A DNA stretch of 64,000 nt, taken from assembly GCA_964304625.1 (NCBI GenBank), contig OZ199839.1, positions 7,196,234 through 7,260,233 of the forward strand, given 5' to 3'. Source of the DNA: Kudoa neothunni (taxonomy: Eukaryota > Animalia > Cnidaria). The stretch's first letter is position 1; every line of letters starts with the position of its first letter. A program made the position numbers and the translations under genes. Below, in pieces: positions 12,229 through 25,900 of the stretch. Below the pieces are notes generated by a model that was not told where the DNA came from, did no database searches, and saw only the letters and a program-made list of their open reading frames with translations.

Positions 12229-14636
12229 CTAATAACAAAAATACAACCTCGCTACCAATTCAATAGTTGTGTATTAGTTCTTAGTATTCATCAAATGGTG
12301 ACAACTATATTATAAAGTGTAGGTGTTGTTGCTTATTAACCACCAATAGCTCCTATTAAGAGTGTTAAGTACTTGTTTTGAAATGATGTTGGATTAGATG
12401 GCTGATGGTTGACGACTAATTGATAATTGTTGCAAGCTATTCGTTTTTGTAATTATCCTCTGTGGGAATTTGACTTTGCAGATGTGAACACACTTGCTTT
12501 TAGATTAGCTGGAAATTGGTGTGGGGATTTTTCAACACCCACAGGATTGTGCAACTCCTCACCGACATCTGCAGGTAACTATTTGTTTACTATCTCTGTT
12601 ATGGTAACCAATTTTAGAATAATATTTTTTCGAATATCACACGTCTTTGACAGCCCCCTTGGCACATTGAAGAGGATCCCGCACCGGCAAGGGTCTAGTA
12701 GAGAAGAGGGGTGTGTGAAAGTTGTTGTTTTGATTAATCGAATCTTAGATTAGTCATGTAAAGCCATTGGATGCTATTGCTAAAAAAATTCTTTTAATTC
12801 ATGGATAATAAATAAAATATTTTTTTGAATATTATTAGAAATAAATTTAATTGGTTTTGTCAAAAATCTCGTAATTGGATTAAGCCGACCCTAAATTACT
12901 AGATTATATGGAGTGAGTTATCACTCCCTGTACTTGACAATTTTTGATGATAGACTTGGTATATTTTAGTAAAAATAAAAGACTTTTTAATTATTTATGA
13001 TGATATTGATGATTTAAAAGGGTCTTTTAGGTGGTTTTCTCCTCATGTTTTGTTAACTCCTGGTAGAATTAAGTGATAATTCCCATTTGCTTATCATCTG
13101 GAGAAATTAATTGAAAAGAATTGGTGTCATAATTTTGTAATTTCTAAAAGTTGCCTTTATATCGCGTAATGTACCACTAATTGAACATGTTCTTCTAAGC
13201 ATATACATTCTTAAGTTTCCTTTGTAAACATTTGGGGATAATTGGAACAGATGGCGCCAAAAAATCTTCCATCTATTACCAAAGACCACATTGTATAAAT
13301 ATGACGTTATAATAAACGTAAAATAATTTAAAAATTTATTTTTCTCCTTTTTTTACTCAACAACAATAAACTTTTTATCGATTATTAATCACATTAGTGA
13401 GGATTAATATTCTGATTATATTGTTGATGTAAAGTGTGTTAATTTTGTCATATTAATGACATCAATAACCCCCGTCTATTTCACAAAAATTATTATATAA
13501 CCGTTTTTAACGTTATAACCGATTTTTGCTAAAATGAATGAATTGTGCCAATACTTTTGTGCTGATTATTGCAGATAGGATGACCTAAAATGGCCTTCTA
13601 TTGAACAGAATCTAATATAACTACCAAAAGGTAGATATGTGATTTATTACGATTTTGTTGTTCAATAAATATAAGCCGCGGTATATTTATTTACCTATAT
13701 CTTACGTAAAGAGATTATGGATAGCAAATGAATATATTTAATGGAAAACAATTTATAACCTAATCAACTTATTCTCACAAAAAAATAAAATTCTAATAAA
13801 CATTCAACGTTAACATATTTTCGTCACAACATAATCTCTCCATAGACTCGCCAATATACTTTGCCACAATTGTGATGTGATCCGACAATTCGCTAGGGAT
13901 ACACCAGCCAACCAATCCAACAGGGAATATCGGCCTATTCTCTAGAGATGCTAGTAACCCAACCTTTTTCAGGCCCCAATCTCAAATAAATGTTTGTTGT
14001 GACCCGAAATCGTCATGTGTCTTCTATGTTCTATAATGGTGGTAGATTTTTTCCGACTGCAATAGATTGTGCCTCTTGCTGCCATGACTCATTGTTTGAC
14101 GAGAAGGTGACCGCTGGTCCACCATAGGACTCATGTGTGAAAAATCTGATCAAAATCTATAGAAAGTATTGCCAAGGTATCTATCATAAGGGAGCAGATT
14201 TTTTCGTTACTGATCGTAGAATTAAAGTTAAAAATTCTTCATTAAATCACTAAATCAGTGCTTCCCAAATCATAATTAGATTAGTGCCTCTTATATATAA
14301 AAAGTGAACTTCATTTATAATATTTAGAGTCAAATTACTATGAAGAAGGAAAAACTTAAAAATTATTCCAAGCTGATTCAATTGTAGCATATTGTTTTGT
14401 TATAAATTATTTTCCATCAATTTGTTTTGAACAAGTACTTAATTGGATTTAAATTTTAGCGTAAATTATCTATAGAATTGTTTCAGAGGACCTATTATTT
14501 TACAATCTATTCATATTTTAGCTATATGACGCTGTGGTGCGTATTCCGTTGTATATCTATTTGAATATAAAAAACGAAGAATATTTACAAATAGAATTCA
14601 TGACTATTTTGTTTGAATGATAATTATTCTCTAATA

Positions 14637-15215
14637 CATTGGTTCTCAAACTTTTTTTGCAATGGCACCCTTATCTAAATTAACCCATTAAGATTTATTC
14701 AACAAACTTTAAGGGGTTATTACTTATTGTAATAAAATAAAATTTTATTTGTGGCACACTTATCGAAATTGTAACAGCCAATACATATTTTAATAAAGCA
14801 AATAATTTAAAACACCGTAAATTTGAACATACTCCGAGTTTTTTGGATTAGAACTTACAGATCGTTCATTTGCAAGTTAATCTATTTCTGTCATTTTTAG
14901 ATGGTGTACTTATCTTTTCTAACCATGTCTCCATTGTAGACCTTAAAAAATAGCTAAAATAATTCGTCTAATAAAAGAAATACTTGTATTAAAAGAAACG
15001 CAGCACATTCTTCCTACACGTACATTGGTGCGTTGCTTACTGGCAAATGCCAGCTATCATCAGTATTGCCAACCTTAGCTATCGGTGAAAATTCCATGAT
15101 GTCATAAGATGGGATATGTAACAATTTTTTATGTTACGATTAAATGTTTTTTTTTCCACCGTAGCTTTGTGGAACCTCTGCGCTCGTTTCATAGAACCCA
15201 CTTTGAGAATCACTG
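14637..15215. mobile_element. Non-autonomous hAT (Charlie/Buster-like) MITE
   Basis: TIRs cattggttctcaaa / tttgagaatcactg. Perfect 8-bp TSD ctctaata at 14629-14636 and 15216-15223. Confidence 0.9.
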
Positions 15216-15324
15216 CTCTAATAACTTAGGAAACTGGAAAAAATTATTTAAACTAATGTAAGAATACAAATTACCCCAGTGAAAAAGCTATAGGTTATTT
15301 TTGATTTTTTGTTGTATATTGAGC

Positions 15325-15720
15325 TATGGTGAACCCTCGAATTCTCAAAAATCGCTCTTAGCATCACCAGGTAAGGAACGCTGTACTTGATGAATTGCTA
15401 TCTTTTCCAGTCAGTTACATAGGCGAATGAAAAATGGATCTAATGGATGTCAGCAAGGAATTGCGATGAATGGCTTCAGACGATCTCAAAATGCCTTAAT
15501 TATTTTTGTAACTAGTTAAGTAAAAAGTTGTTTCGAATCTCTTTTGTCGGTTTTGATTCACAAGTGTTAATAAAATTATGGCATCTCGATCTTATAAAAT
15601 TAAAGATGATATTCTTGTAAAGGAGGTGAAACAAATCTAGATGCAAATTCTGAAAAACTTGATGAGAATTATCCGATCGTTAAAATGCAGGAAAACCCTC
15701 ATTAATTCATTTCCAGTACT
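15325..15720 (+). mobile_element. Small pogo/Tigger-like relic
   Basis: TIR-like ggtgaaccctcga followed by a fragment resembling the P-V-x-Y-x-A-N-x-K-x-W-M region (frameshifted). Confidence 0.35.
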
Positions 15721-15894
15721 GTTTACATCTCAAAATATGAATAATTTAAGATTCAAATTATATACATTTATTGAGACTTAAGAAAAACGTAATCTATTTT
15801 TTAAATGATTATTACTATGTTCTGTCTAATTTAAAATTTTTGTATTAAATGCAAAAAATAAGTCGAATTTGAACCATCTTACATTCGAGTAGCT

Positions 15895-15965
15895 TACCCA
15901 ATTACACGGTAGGTAGTTGACCGGACCCATAACCAGAGGAGCATGAATCGAACCCTATTATCCGA
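15895..15965 (+). pseudogene. tRNA-Met-derived fragment (pseudo-tRNA or SINE head)
   Basis: cggacccataaccagaggagcatgaatcgaaccc aligns with initiator tRNA-Met GGGCCCATAACCCAGAGGTCGATGGATCGAAACC. No intact acceptor stem. Confidence 0.5.
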
Positions 15966-16009
15966 CTTAGCAATGTGCAAAGTTTCTCTACTTATAATCC
16001 GAAATTATG

Positions 16010-16383
16010 TACTGTGTTTTCTCGGAAATTAGACCCCGTCTTATATCAATTTTACACAAGAAATATCAATTAGGTCTTATTTTCGGGGCAGGCCCTATCT
16101 TTCTGCCGTAAAATCCAAAGGATTATAATTCTATTGGACTATCTAAAATAGTAATGCAGATTAATTTTTTATAGCAAAGAATTATTACCTCCATAGGAAA
16201 CGTAATCATTTATTATTGTTGTGACTAAAACTTATTAATCAAGGTCCCACCGAATAATCATTATCGTTATACTCTGAAACAATGTTAAGTCTTATTTTAA
16301 TTCCTACTAAAAATATCGTTAGGTCATATATTAAATACAGCCCTAAAAATCACAATTTGTCTTATTTTAGACGGAACACGGCA
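16010..16383. mobile_element. Tc1/pogo-type (Tigger-like) MITE, copy 1
   Basis: Ends tactgtgttttctcggaaattagac ... gtcttattttagacggaacacggca. Internal sequence is shared with 57430-57540 and 62561-62869. Confidence 0.7.
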
Positions 16384-17159
16384 GAATGCTATGTAATTTC
16401 AGAGGTCGACGATTAATCGTAACTACTTTCTCGCATTTGTGATGGGAGTTCGACAAGAGGATAGAACTCACGCGCGTTTATAAACCCCAAGGTACGGGAA
16501 CGAAATATGTCTACTAGAGCTAGGAGGTTACCATAGTTACAATTTTTTGCATTCAAATGGCTTTCTCAGACTGATTCTGTATTTGTCTAGGGCAGGGAAT
16601 CCAAAGCTTTGGTCTTTTTATCAATCTTGGATTCTTGATGTTGTTTCAAATTTATAAAAAAACTAAGGTTTTATTGAATAATTAGGTTATTCTACAAATA
16701 AAAATGACATTAAATCTCGAAACTACGGAATATCCATTATTTGATTACTGGATCACATTAAAAAGTGTACAATACTTCGAATCCGCATCATATTCGGTGA
16801 TACAACTCGTTTTCTCCTGAGTGTTGCCTTGGTATTGTATTTTTACATATTAGTTGTTGACGTGTTTTGATTCTATTTGGTAATTAATTGAATTGCATGA
16901 CTAACTCAAAAATTATTTTGCATTATTTTTCCAACATTGAAAGGGTTTTCTCCTTAATAAATCCCATAAAGATGAAGCGAATCAACTCACTGAAAGCGGC
17001 ACAGTAAAATATGTAGGGCTTTCAAAACCTTTCATTAGGCGTAATAATAATTCATGCGTAATAGGAAGCCACATAAAAAATAATTTTAAGAAGTGGGTGT
17101 TGGTGCTGCGTGTCTAAGATATCATATGTCATATGAGCTTAAATATCAAAAAAGGCCCT

Positions 17160-18953
17160 GGCTGTGTCTATTTTGCGGACGCGCTTTTTCTCTCAAATTA
17201 ATAATTCAATCGTTACCATCTTTTCCAACAAATATCTTTTATAAATGCAGAATATAAATTTAGTTTCATTAATTCAGCAAAGTATTTCAACATAGCCAAT
17301 TTTTATCAATAAAATCCAAATGAAACCAAGATGTAGTAGAACTATTTGGCTCATTCAATTTTTAAAATTCTTACAATACGATAAATATTCACATAGAATG
17401 ATTTATACATCACTAAAATTTAATAAAATATAGAATTTGCTATTTTTTAATTTGCAGATAATTGATACTGTGTAACTTCACATAAAATTATATTTGAATC
17501 CTACATATATCGGCTTTGTTGTTATATTGTCATCATCATCACATGAAAAAATTTTTAAGCTAAAATCTATACCTGTTTGTAATACACCATTTGGTGTACC
17601 TCTTAACTTCGTTACTGTTTGCGAATTTCTTAAAATAGATAAAATTCACACACCCTTCAAAAATGAAATTTTATCTATAGAATCATCTACAATATTTAAG
17701 ATTTCCATATCGGTAATTGATGATATGTCATTATCACAAACTGTTTCAGGTATATCCACATTCCCCTTTTTCGATTCTTCAATAACTAAGCACAAAATAG
17801 AAATTTTACTAAACGGTTATTATTACATTTTGGATATGATATTCCTCGATTGTTGCTGATAATAGTTTCAGACGTTAATTTAAGCTAAATTAAGTTGATA
17901 CATAAATAGTAGAAAAAATGAGCTATCTTATACAAAAATCCCCATTGAAAACAAACGACATAGATTCATCCAAAATCTTTTTTGATAAATCATAGAGAGT
18001 CCCCGTTTGTTTAAACCGTAGTGATTTTATTTTCTTCGAAAGAATTTTATCTTCCTATATCGCTTAAATGTAGAAGTTTGAGCGGAGCATTGACTCGAAA
18101 TTTTTGTGATTGCTGGCTGCACACAACATGAATGATTCTGAAAATGTATATCTTTGCTCAGTTGAATAAATGATAGGTAATATTTCTTGTATCACGTCAT
18201 ATTACATATTTGTTGTCATATAAATCCATATTCATTTTCTTTCTAATAGAGATAGTATGTCTACGTGGCACCTTATACTTATGTAGAAGCAACATGTGTA
18301 ATTATTGGAAAAGATTCGATTTAATTATTTCTTCCGACATACATAACATTGTATGCATATAACATTAATGATGTGTTGTATCGTATGTTAGTGTCTGAGT
18401 TTAATTTTTCAACAGCCTGAGTTGTGAGCTCTCTAACTGCATTATTTTCCCGCTCAGTTCTTATACTTGATAAATAAATTAGCAAATCACCGACAAAACT
18501 TATATTGTTGAAAATTTTCTAAAGTAACGGATCCAATAACAAAAGTGCTTCAGATATGAGTACGTATCCATTGATTCTTTAGTCTTTCCTAAGTTTGCGA
18601 ATGCATCACCGACCTTTAGATCTGGTAAAATATCTTGAATAAGTAATGTTAGATCACACTCTCCTTCCATAATGACTAATCTCGGTACGATCAACGTTAC
18701 AGATGCATTCAAAAAGTGATTTTACTTGTATATAACGTCATACTACATAAAATTAGCCTTGTTAGAGAAATTTTCATTGGTTAATTGAAAACTTGAAGTA
18801 TTTTCTATTGATACTGATACAACAATTAAAAATATCCTCGATGTATTTTGATGCCTTAATGTTAATTGAAGAATAAATGAAATCAAATTTACATTCTGTA
18901 TTTATAAAAAATATTTTAGGAGAAAAAGCGCGCCCGGCAAAGTAGACACTGTC
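17160..18953 (-). mobile_element. Decayed Mutator-like (MULE) DNA transposon
   Basis: ~35-bp TIRs ggctgtgtctattttgcggacgcgctttttctc and rc gacagtgtctactttgccgggcgcgctttttctc. Degenerate 9-bp TSD aaaggccct/aaaagtctt. Minus-strand remnant FANLGKTKESMDTYSYLK...VGD..IYLSSIRTE..NAVRELTTQAV resembles the MULE DDE core. Confidence 0.7.
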
Positions 18954-19590
18954 AAAAGTCTTTAAACTACGGTCAGGACAAGAGGACGATGGTTAGCCGA
19001 CGGTGTTGATTAGCGACAAGCGTTAGATATTATTCTAATTCTTCAAGTATTATAATGGTTTTTTAAACTCTCATTGAATGCTCTGTTTCCGGATAAGAAA
19101 GGGGTGACGGTCTCCCCTAAACTAGGATGTTTGGCGGATTAAAATCTAAAATCCCACGTTTATGAAGAATCGTAAATTGTATTAAATGACGCTGTGAGGT
19201 GCCAATAGCGTAACGAAGCACACCAACTAACAACAACTTAGAAGTCAATTAAGTTGCGCTCGGGGGTAGACTTATATTTGAAACCAACTGAAACTTGCAC
19301 CGCCCAAAAGCATGAAATATTTTCACGATATCATTTATGCATCGTTATTTCAAATACAGAGAGCAAATCTTGTGAATACTTATCCATTGAGTTAGAGCTT
19401 ATTTAAAATGCTAGGTAATCGACCAAGGTAACATAAAAATCGGAGTTAAACTATTTCGATTATATACACTACTACGAATGGAATTTTTTAAGATTAAAAT
19501 AACTGAGATGGTTTGAAACTGCCAAAAAACACTGTAAATAACGAGTTAATATTTCAACCCTTGTAAAGTGGAATATTTTATAGAGATAAG

Positions 19591-20581
19591 CTAATCGTTT
19601 TGGGTCGAAAAATAGTCGCTAGCTTGATGAGGATCGATAGTTTTGCATCCAGGCTTCCAATTGATTGGACAGACTAATTCAAAATAAACATACTGACAAC
19701 CATAATTACAACTACCTTCACCGTGTTTATCAGAGTATTGGAATGCTTGTACGATTCTCAAAATTTCCTCAATATTTCTTCCCACGCCTGTGTCATTCAC
19801 GCTCATATGCCTGAGAATACCCCTGTCGTCGATCACAAATAATCCTCTATGCAATCCACCGTAATACGTGACAAGTAAATCGACATTTCCACATCAAGTG
19901 GTTACCTATTAGGAAAACCTTTGCTCTCGTTGAGAACATTATAAATTTTTGCCACTTGCATGCTCTTATCGGCCAGCAGTGGTATAGTCACTTTTCCAAT
20001 TCCACCAGCTTTTCTATCCTTGCGTGTCCTATCCAGAGTGTCTGATATGACCAACAACACACACTCTAATTCACCATTCCAAATGAGAGAAAAATGAATC
20101 ACAAGAGGAAGCCAAAACTTCACAATTCAACTCTTGGAATCGACCCAAACAATCACTGAAAGCAGTGATTTCAGTTGGGCACACAAACGTGCTAAATATA
20201 GCTCATTAGATTGCAGCATAATGTAGTGGTCTCTCACAAATCCAAGGGATAGAAAAAAAGCACCAGATATTTGCCTAGATTTAAGTTGGATTAACATTTA
20301 AAATCCATTTCTCCACAAACCCTTGTAATCTTTAAGACTGACAGTTTTTTCCTTGCCACTCGGCATTAGAGCGGAGCACTCAAATTCGGGAGCTTTTCTA
20401 CTGACAAACGGAAACACCAATTGTGTGGAAGTGGAACAATTTCGAGCGAACTATACAACAAAATAAACGCGGATAATATTAATTTGGCGCATCATCAAAA
20501 CACTTTTTTATAAGGAAAGTGGGTGGTGTAAGTTGACGAAATCAACTTTAGTGATTGCAAAGTTGTCCTGTGAAACAACAT
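19591..20581 (-). CDS. PRDX3: Typical 2-Cys peroxiredoxin with N-terminal mitochondrial-type presequence (PRDX3-like)
   Basis: Spliced product [26 protein letters not shown]|FARNCSTS...KAPEFE...[11 protein letters not shown]|TFVCPTEI...GGIG...RGLFVID...VGRN...VCPINWKPG...DYF. First intron 20451-20503. Peroxidatic and resolving VCP motifs both present. Confidence 0.93.
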
Positions 20582-21761
20582 AATCTAACAACTGTGTGGA
20601 GAGTTAAGTGCGCAGGATTCAAATTGAAATCTGTTTTCGGATGTGATGCGCATGCGGATCTAATTGTATCTTAGCATGATGTTTTGGTATGTGTGGAAGC
20701 ACAGTAATGGTGTATTTATTGGACACTAAAATTCGGCATGATATCGTGGCTTGCTTTCTTCGATTTTTTATCATAAGGTTTAAATAACTATAAAAAGTTA
20801 CATTATACAAAAATAAATCAATTTGTTGTTTCCTAAATTCTAAAACCATAATCCTTCATATGTGTCATTAATCTTACTTATAACACGACTTAAAGTATTC
20901 TTATCGAGTTCTAACTTTTTAAAATAAATGTTTTCATCAAGTTTTTTAATTTATTACTAAAAAAGAATTTTTTTAACACGGTGAACGAACTTATTGGAAG
21001 ATTTGATCAACTAAAAATAAAATATTTTAGTTTAGAAATTTTTCCAGTTTACATATTAATACTGAAAACAGAGTTTAAAAATCTACTATATAAAGTAAAC
21101 CGGTAATCCGTGTGTGTGTGTGTCAGTGTGTACACATTTTTCATTTTTGATAGAGATACATATCGCTCAACTGGAACATACACATGGAAAGATAAAATTT
21201 TATTATAACACAGAAAAATACGTAAAAGATTATAAAAGGTTTGCATCTTGCAAAATGATTAAAAACATTTTCACGTGATACGAATGATATGATTTTAGGA
21301 TTTATGCTAACATATAGATCATTTCGTTTAAGTTATAAAAAGTTAATTTTCAATATACCATCGTGTTTATTTTACTTAAATATTGTTGAAAAGTAATTTA
21401 GTAATTGAAATAGTTCAAATAAGGAAAGTAATATTAGGTTATGTAGCCAAACATTAATACGAAATTCATTTGTTGATGTTTAACAAGATTAGTCATATTC
21501 ATATGGTATGATTTAGAGATTACTGCAAACAACAAGGAGAAAATCGATATTATAGGAACTCTAAATAGGAAATTCAAACGCTCAGTAGTATTTATTCTTT
21601 TTTAAAACTATTAAATAAGGTTCGTGCGCCAAACGAATTAAATAAATCATCAGTTAATTGGGTAATCTTTGTACTATTTATCTATATACTCTGAATTTAC
21701 TTTGAACTTCAAATGATCATGGCCTACTCAAAAGGCTTTAGTCTGCGTGGCCAGGCAAGGA

Positions 21762-21792
21762 AGCCCATGCGAAGCGGGGCTTTTGCGCTAGT
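21762..21792 (+). mobile_element. Helitron-like 3' terminus
   Basis: GC hairpin agcccatgcgaagcggggct followed by CTAG|T at 21788-21792. 5' end not identified. Confidence 0.45.
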
Positions 21793-23129
21793 ATTTAATA
21801 AAAGTAATTAGATTCTTGTAATTTATAACTCTTCAGTATATAATTTTCTGTCATAAATTAGATAATATTGTACGTTTAAGTAAATTAGAAAAGAATATTA
21901 TTTTCAACACCTGATAATTCCTATGTCTTATGTGAAATTCTTTTTTACCTACTCAAAAAATGGTCTTGGCCGATGCTCTAAGTTCAAAATTTCTGTAATG
22001 ATAAAAAATGTGCTCATAAAACGCCATTAAATTTTATTTTGTGTGTAATTAGAATAATTAGTATAAAGCTTCAAAAATTACTATTAAATGATATTTGAAA
22101 TATTAATGCTTTGAACATTTAAACTCCTCTTTAATTAAGTTTTATCGTTGTTAATATTTCATTGAATATTCATTTATTTTAGGCTATTTGAGAAAGCAAA
22201 TTATAACCCTTGGGAGCACGTGGATTTAATTTCGCCTATACTACTACTAACTGGAGTTATCTTGTTCGTTAATAAATTTGTTATTCATGTATTTTTGTCG
22301 ATTTAACTGTTTTTAATAATAAATGTATTTAAAGAGAATTTTGAATCGTGAAAATGGCAGTTCAAATCTGTCAGACATGGATGGAATATTGTAGCAGAAC
22401 CTTTTGTTATGATAATGTATTGGTGGAAAGTAATGAATCCAGATTTGAGCATTGTGAAAATAAAATTTAAGATAATTTAATTAAAAATGGTTCAACATGA
22501 GAAATTTTGTCTAACGATGAGAGGCTTTGTGGTAAAAATTTCGAATGATCTGTTTATCCTGTAAAATTATTTTCTAAAAAAGTAAACAAGACATTATAAA
22601 ATATAAACACAAAATCGATATTCCTGATAATTTTATTACGGAAAATGACAATAAAAGTTTATTTTTAAAGGATAAAATCTTAAACAATATAATTAGCTAT
22701 ATATATAATTTACCAAAAATAACTTTAAAATTTAAAATTCTGTTAAGCTCATTGTATCATTGGCTAATAATAACATTACAACATCCACAATTATTCCCAG
22801 AAATTATTCCATTGTACGAAAGGAGGAATACACTCAGTTACTCAAATGTTCATTAACTATTGAACCTACCAAACAACTAGAAGATGGCCAGTGGTTATTT
22901 TACACATTTTGTTAGATATAATGCCAATAAATGTACATGTGTTATATTGTATGATAACAGAAAACTCAGTCACACAAAAAAACTGATTGAAATCGTTGCT
23001 TACGCAACTTAAAGAAGAGCAAATAAATAATAAAGATAAAAAATAATTATATGTTTATTTAAAGATTTTATAGAAGCAATAAATAGAAATTTCATGCACG
23101 TATCTATCTTTATTTCAAAAAACGGTGAC

Positions 23130-23348
23130 ACCTCTGTGTTCGTCAAAATAATAGAAAAACGAGAACTACATGCCTTAACAGCTTAATTTCATTTTGTAAA
23201 TAACGTTCCAACATTATATTTTAATAGTTATTTTGAACATTAAATATTTATAACAGTATGTTACAAAATAAACTAATTTTACCGCCTGGGGTCCATTGAA
23301 TCTCACGCGTGTGTTCGAGCAGTTTTTTGCGCGTGCCACAGAGGTTTA
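23130..23348. mobile_element. Small piggyBac-like MITE remnant
   Basis: cctctgtg...cacagagg inverted ends; the right end is followed by ttaa. Confidence 0.35.
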
Positions 23349-23521
23349 AATAAAACGTTTAAAATCGCTAATATTCCAATATATTTATTACATTTTATTA
23401 AGAATTTTATTTAAATTTGCCTTATAAATATATTATTGATTATTATGATTATTTGGCAAACAAATCGAAGAGGTTATTCAGTTTGGTAATATTTATCAAT
23501 AATATTCAAATAATTATTGAA

Positions 23522-24860
23522 TACAGTGGTTGAGGGATAATCGGTAGTTTGGCTTATCCGCACTTTTTAACATGTGCATAAATCAAATGTATTTTGAACT
23601 GATATTTATCAAATATTTAGGTTTATTTTACTTTAATAGAGAAACACACGTCGAAACAGAAACTGTTGAGAATTGGAAATGACAATTGAAATTTTTTTTA
23701 ATTATATAACTGATCAAGTTTAAAATATAGATGAAACAAATATATTTTACCATCAACAACCAATTATGACTAATATCTAAATCAATCAGGATATGTTATT
23801 TTATTAAATTCTTTATTTATGGAACAAGTTATGACCTTTCCAGCAAGACAAATGTTAAATGTTTCAAGCGCTCAGAAAGAGTTAAACTTTTATTAGGTTC
23901 CTCAATGTTGGGCGTAAAACTTGAACCCGTTATAATTGGTCACTATTGTAATCCAAGGTGTTTTAAAAACCTATTTTTCAAACAACAAAGCATGGGTAAC
24001 TTTTGATATAGTTACCAATTATTTAATAAAATTAAGTAACAATCTTTAAGACAAAATAAGAAATTACCGATATTCCTTGATAACGCTAATGCCATCTATC
24101 TTTTGATTTTGTTTAATTTTTGAATATTAAATTAATCTTTATTTCTAGAAACACAACTTAGGTATTACATCTTGTAGGTAAAGATGTTATTAATTCGGTT
24201 AGGTCTATTTACAGAAGACAGTTGATAGAAAGACCAACTTTCTTAATTGAAAATCACATTAAAATCAAATTAATGAACATTTTAAGTGCATTATTTTGGA
24301 TTAAAGTATCTTGGGAAGATATAACAAAACAAATTATATTTAATTGTTTTAAAAGGCAGAATTTATTCTCGACGCATATGACAAAACGATTTATTATGGA
24401 GTTTTATTAAAAAATATCATTTATATGTGACATAAAATAAAAAAGAATCTTTGATCATATCGGATGAAGATAATTTCTCCGTTTTCCTCGAATCTATAAA
24501 TGAGGGGAATCTTATGAGAGTCTGAATATTATCACCGACATAAATATAGAAACATTAATATTCCAGAAATTATGGATAATTTATTTGAATATTATTGATC
24601 GGAAAACCATCAAGCATCTTAGGTTTCGAATGAAGCTTTCAAAATATAACTGTCTTAAAGGTTATTTTACAGAAAATAGCCGATGTATGAGAATATTTAA
24701 ATAAATTTGAAAAGATGTTTTACCATCTCAGAAAAAATGAAATACAACCTAAAATTACAATTTTTTTGATAAGAAGATAAAATAATGCCTGTAGAAAGAA
24801 AGTATGGAGTTAATGCGCATGCTCATGTGGTGAGATTATCTATTATCCTCCAGTGTTGGA
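23522..24860 (+). mobile_element. Decayed pogo/Tigger (DDE_1) transposon
   Basis: tacagtg left end. Remnants NIDETNIFY, KRSERVKLLLGSSMLGVKLEPVIIG..NPRCFKN, NKAWVT, IFLDNA, RNTT*VLH, NILSALFWIKVSWEDITKQIIFNCFK. Confidence 0.85.
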
Positions 24861-24929
24861 TAGTCCATCCTTTTCTTGCAGTCCCAAGGAGACTGCGTTT
24901 TACCTGCCACCCATTGTATAATAATTTTT

Positions 24930-25900
24930 CCTCCCATAATAGATCGGAACCATTCTTCATGGAGATAACTCGAAATTTAATTGACTTACACCTCTCTTAA
25001 TTTTGAGGATCTTATGTTTAAGCCAATCCAACAAGATTCTATAGTATTCGAATGTATTCGAATGTATTCCATGAATACAATAACATTTGGATGTGATTGT
25101 AACTTCATTCTGGTAATTTGCTGTAAGCCGGTCATTCGTCGCTGTAAATGGTTGACCCCTTAAAAGATCCCGTCCTCAATTATTAATATCCAAAGTTTCA
25201 TGGTTTCTTTTTTAAACACTTAAAACCCCCACCTTTTAATAGTCCGTTTCCCATTGATATCAATTGAGCACAAGCAAAGGCCAAAAACTCAGGGACCGTC
25301 TACTATATTCCCGTATTTCTCAGAATTCGAATAGAGAGCTAATTGATAACATTCACTATCTTATAATTAAAAAAAATATACATGTATATCCGTCGGTTAA
25401 TTTCCCACGATCCGGAGAATACTTATTTCCACTTCAATCCTTCTATCCTTCCAGAAGATATAATAAATTATTACAAATTTTTTCCTTATTACCGTCAATT
25501 TATTCTCAGGGATGAAAATTTCTTTTGTTAAACAATTGTTTTAAGAATCTCCTCTCAAGTATCGGTCCCATTATTTTTCCTTTTGTCGTGTAAGAAACCC
25601 TCATTTGTTTCAATAGCGTAACCTTGTCCGCCAAGTTTTTGTGGATTTAGAATGTAATTTGTACAAATAATTCGAATTTTTACGAATCAATACATAATTG
25701 ATTATTTAAAGACAGGATCCATTAACAATACCGATTCAATAATGATATCCAAAGACTAATAGTACAATACCTTTAAAATATTGTTGGTTGTATATTTTTG
25801 TTTTGTTCCATCACTATTTCCCTTAAAAAATGTTTGTTGGTTTTACACCTGTATCTCATTTATTGATATATAAATGATCCACTTCAATTACTTCAAACAT
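24930..25900 (-). mobile_element. Decayed Merlin (IS1016/ISXO2-like) transposase
   Basis: Minus-strand remnants KLGGQGYAIETNEGFLHDKRKNN, VDGP*VFGL, GSTIYSDE*PAYSKL, GIHSNT..IESCW, KRGVS...YLHEEWFR are all characteristic Merlin/ISXO2 motifs. Outer boundaries are approximate. Confidence 0.8.

Noticed and set aside
12250-12800. Possible extra 5' coding exons of NAB, and the 108-aa plus-strand ORF
   Set aside because: No stop-free spliced path could be built; may be 5' UTR. The plus-strand ORF has no support.
13800-14160. GC-richer island that looks coding
   Set aside because: All frames examined contain stops and no family motif was recognised; probably a decayed repeat or pseudogene
15030-15065. 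Minus-strand CTGATGA plus hairpin resembling a hammerhead core
   Set aside because: No GAAA after stem II and no flanking stems
20451-20468. Apparent 18-nt intron after MMRQINIIR in the 2-Cys peroxiredoxin
   Set aside because: A 53-nt intron (20451-20503) from an upstream ATG at 20581 is in frame and gives a better presequence
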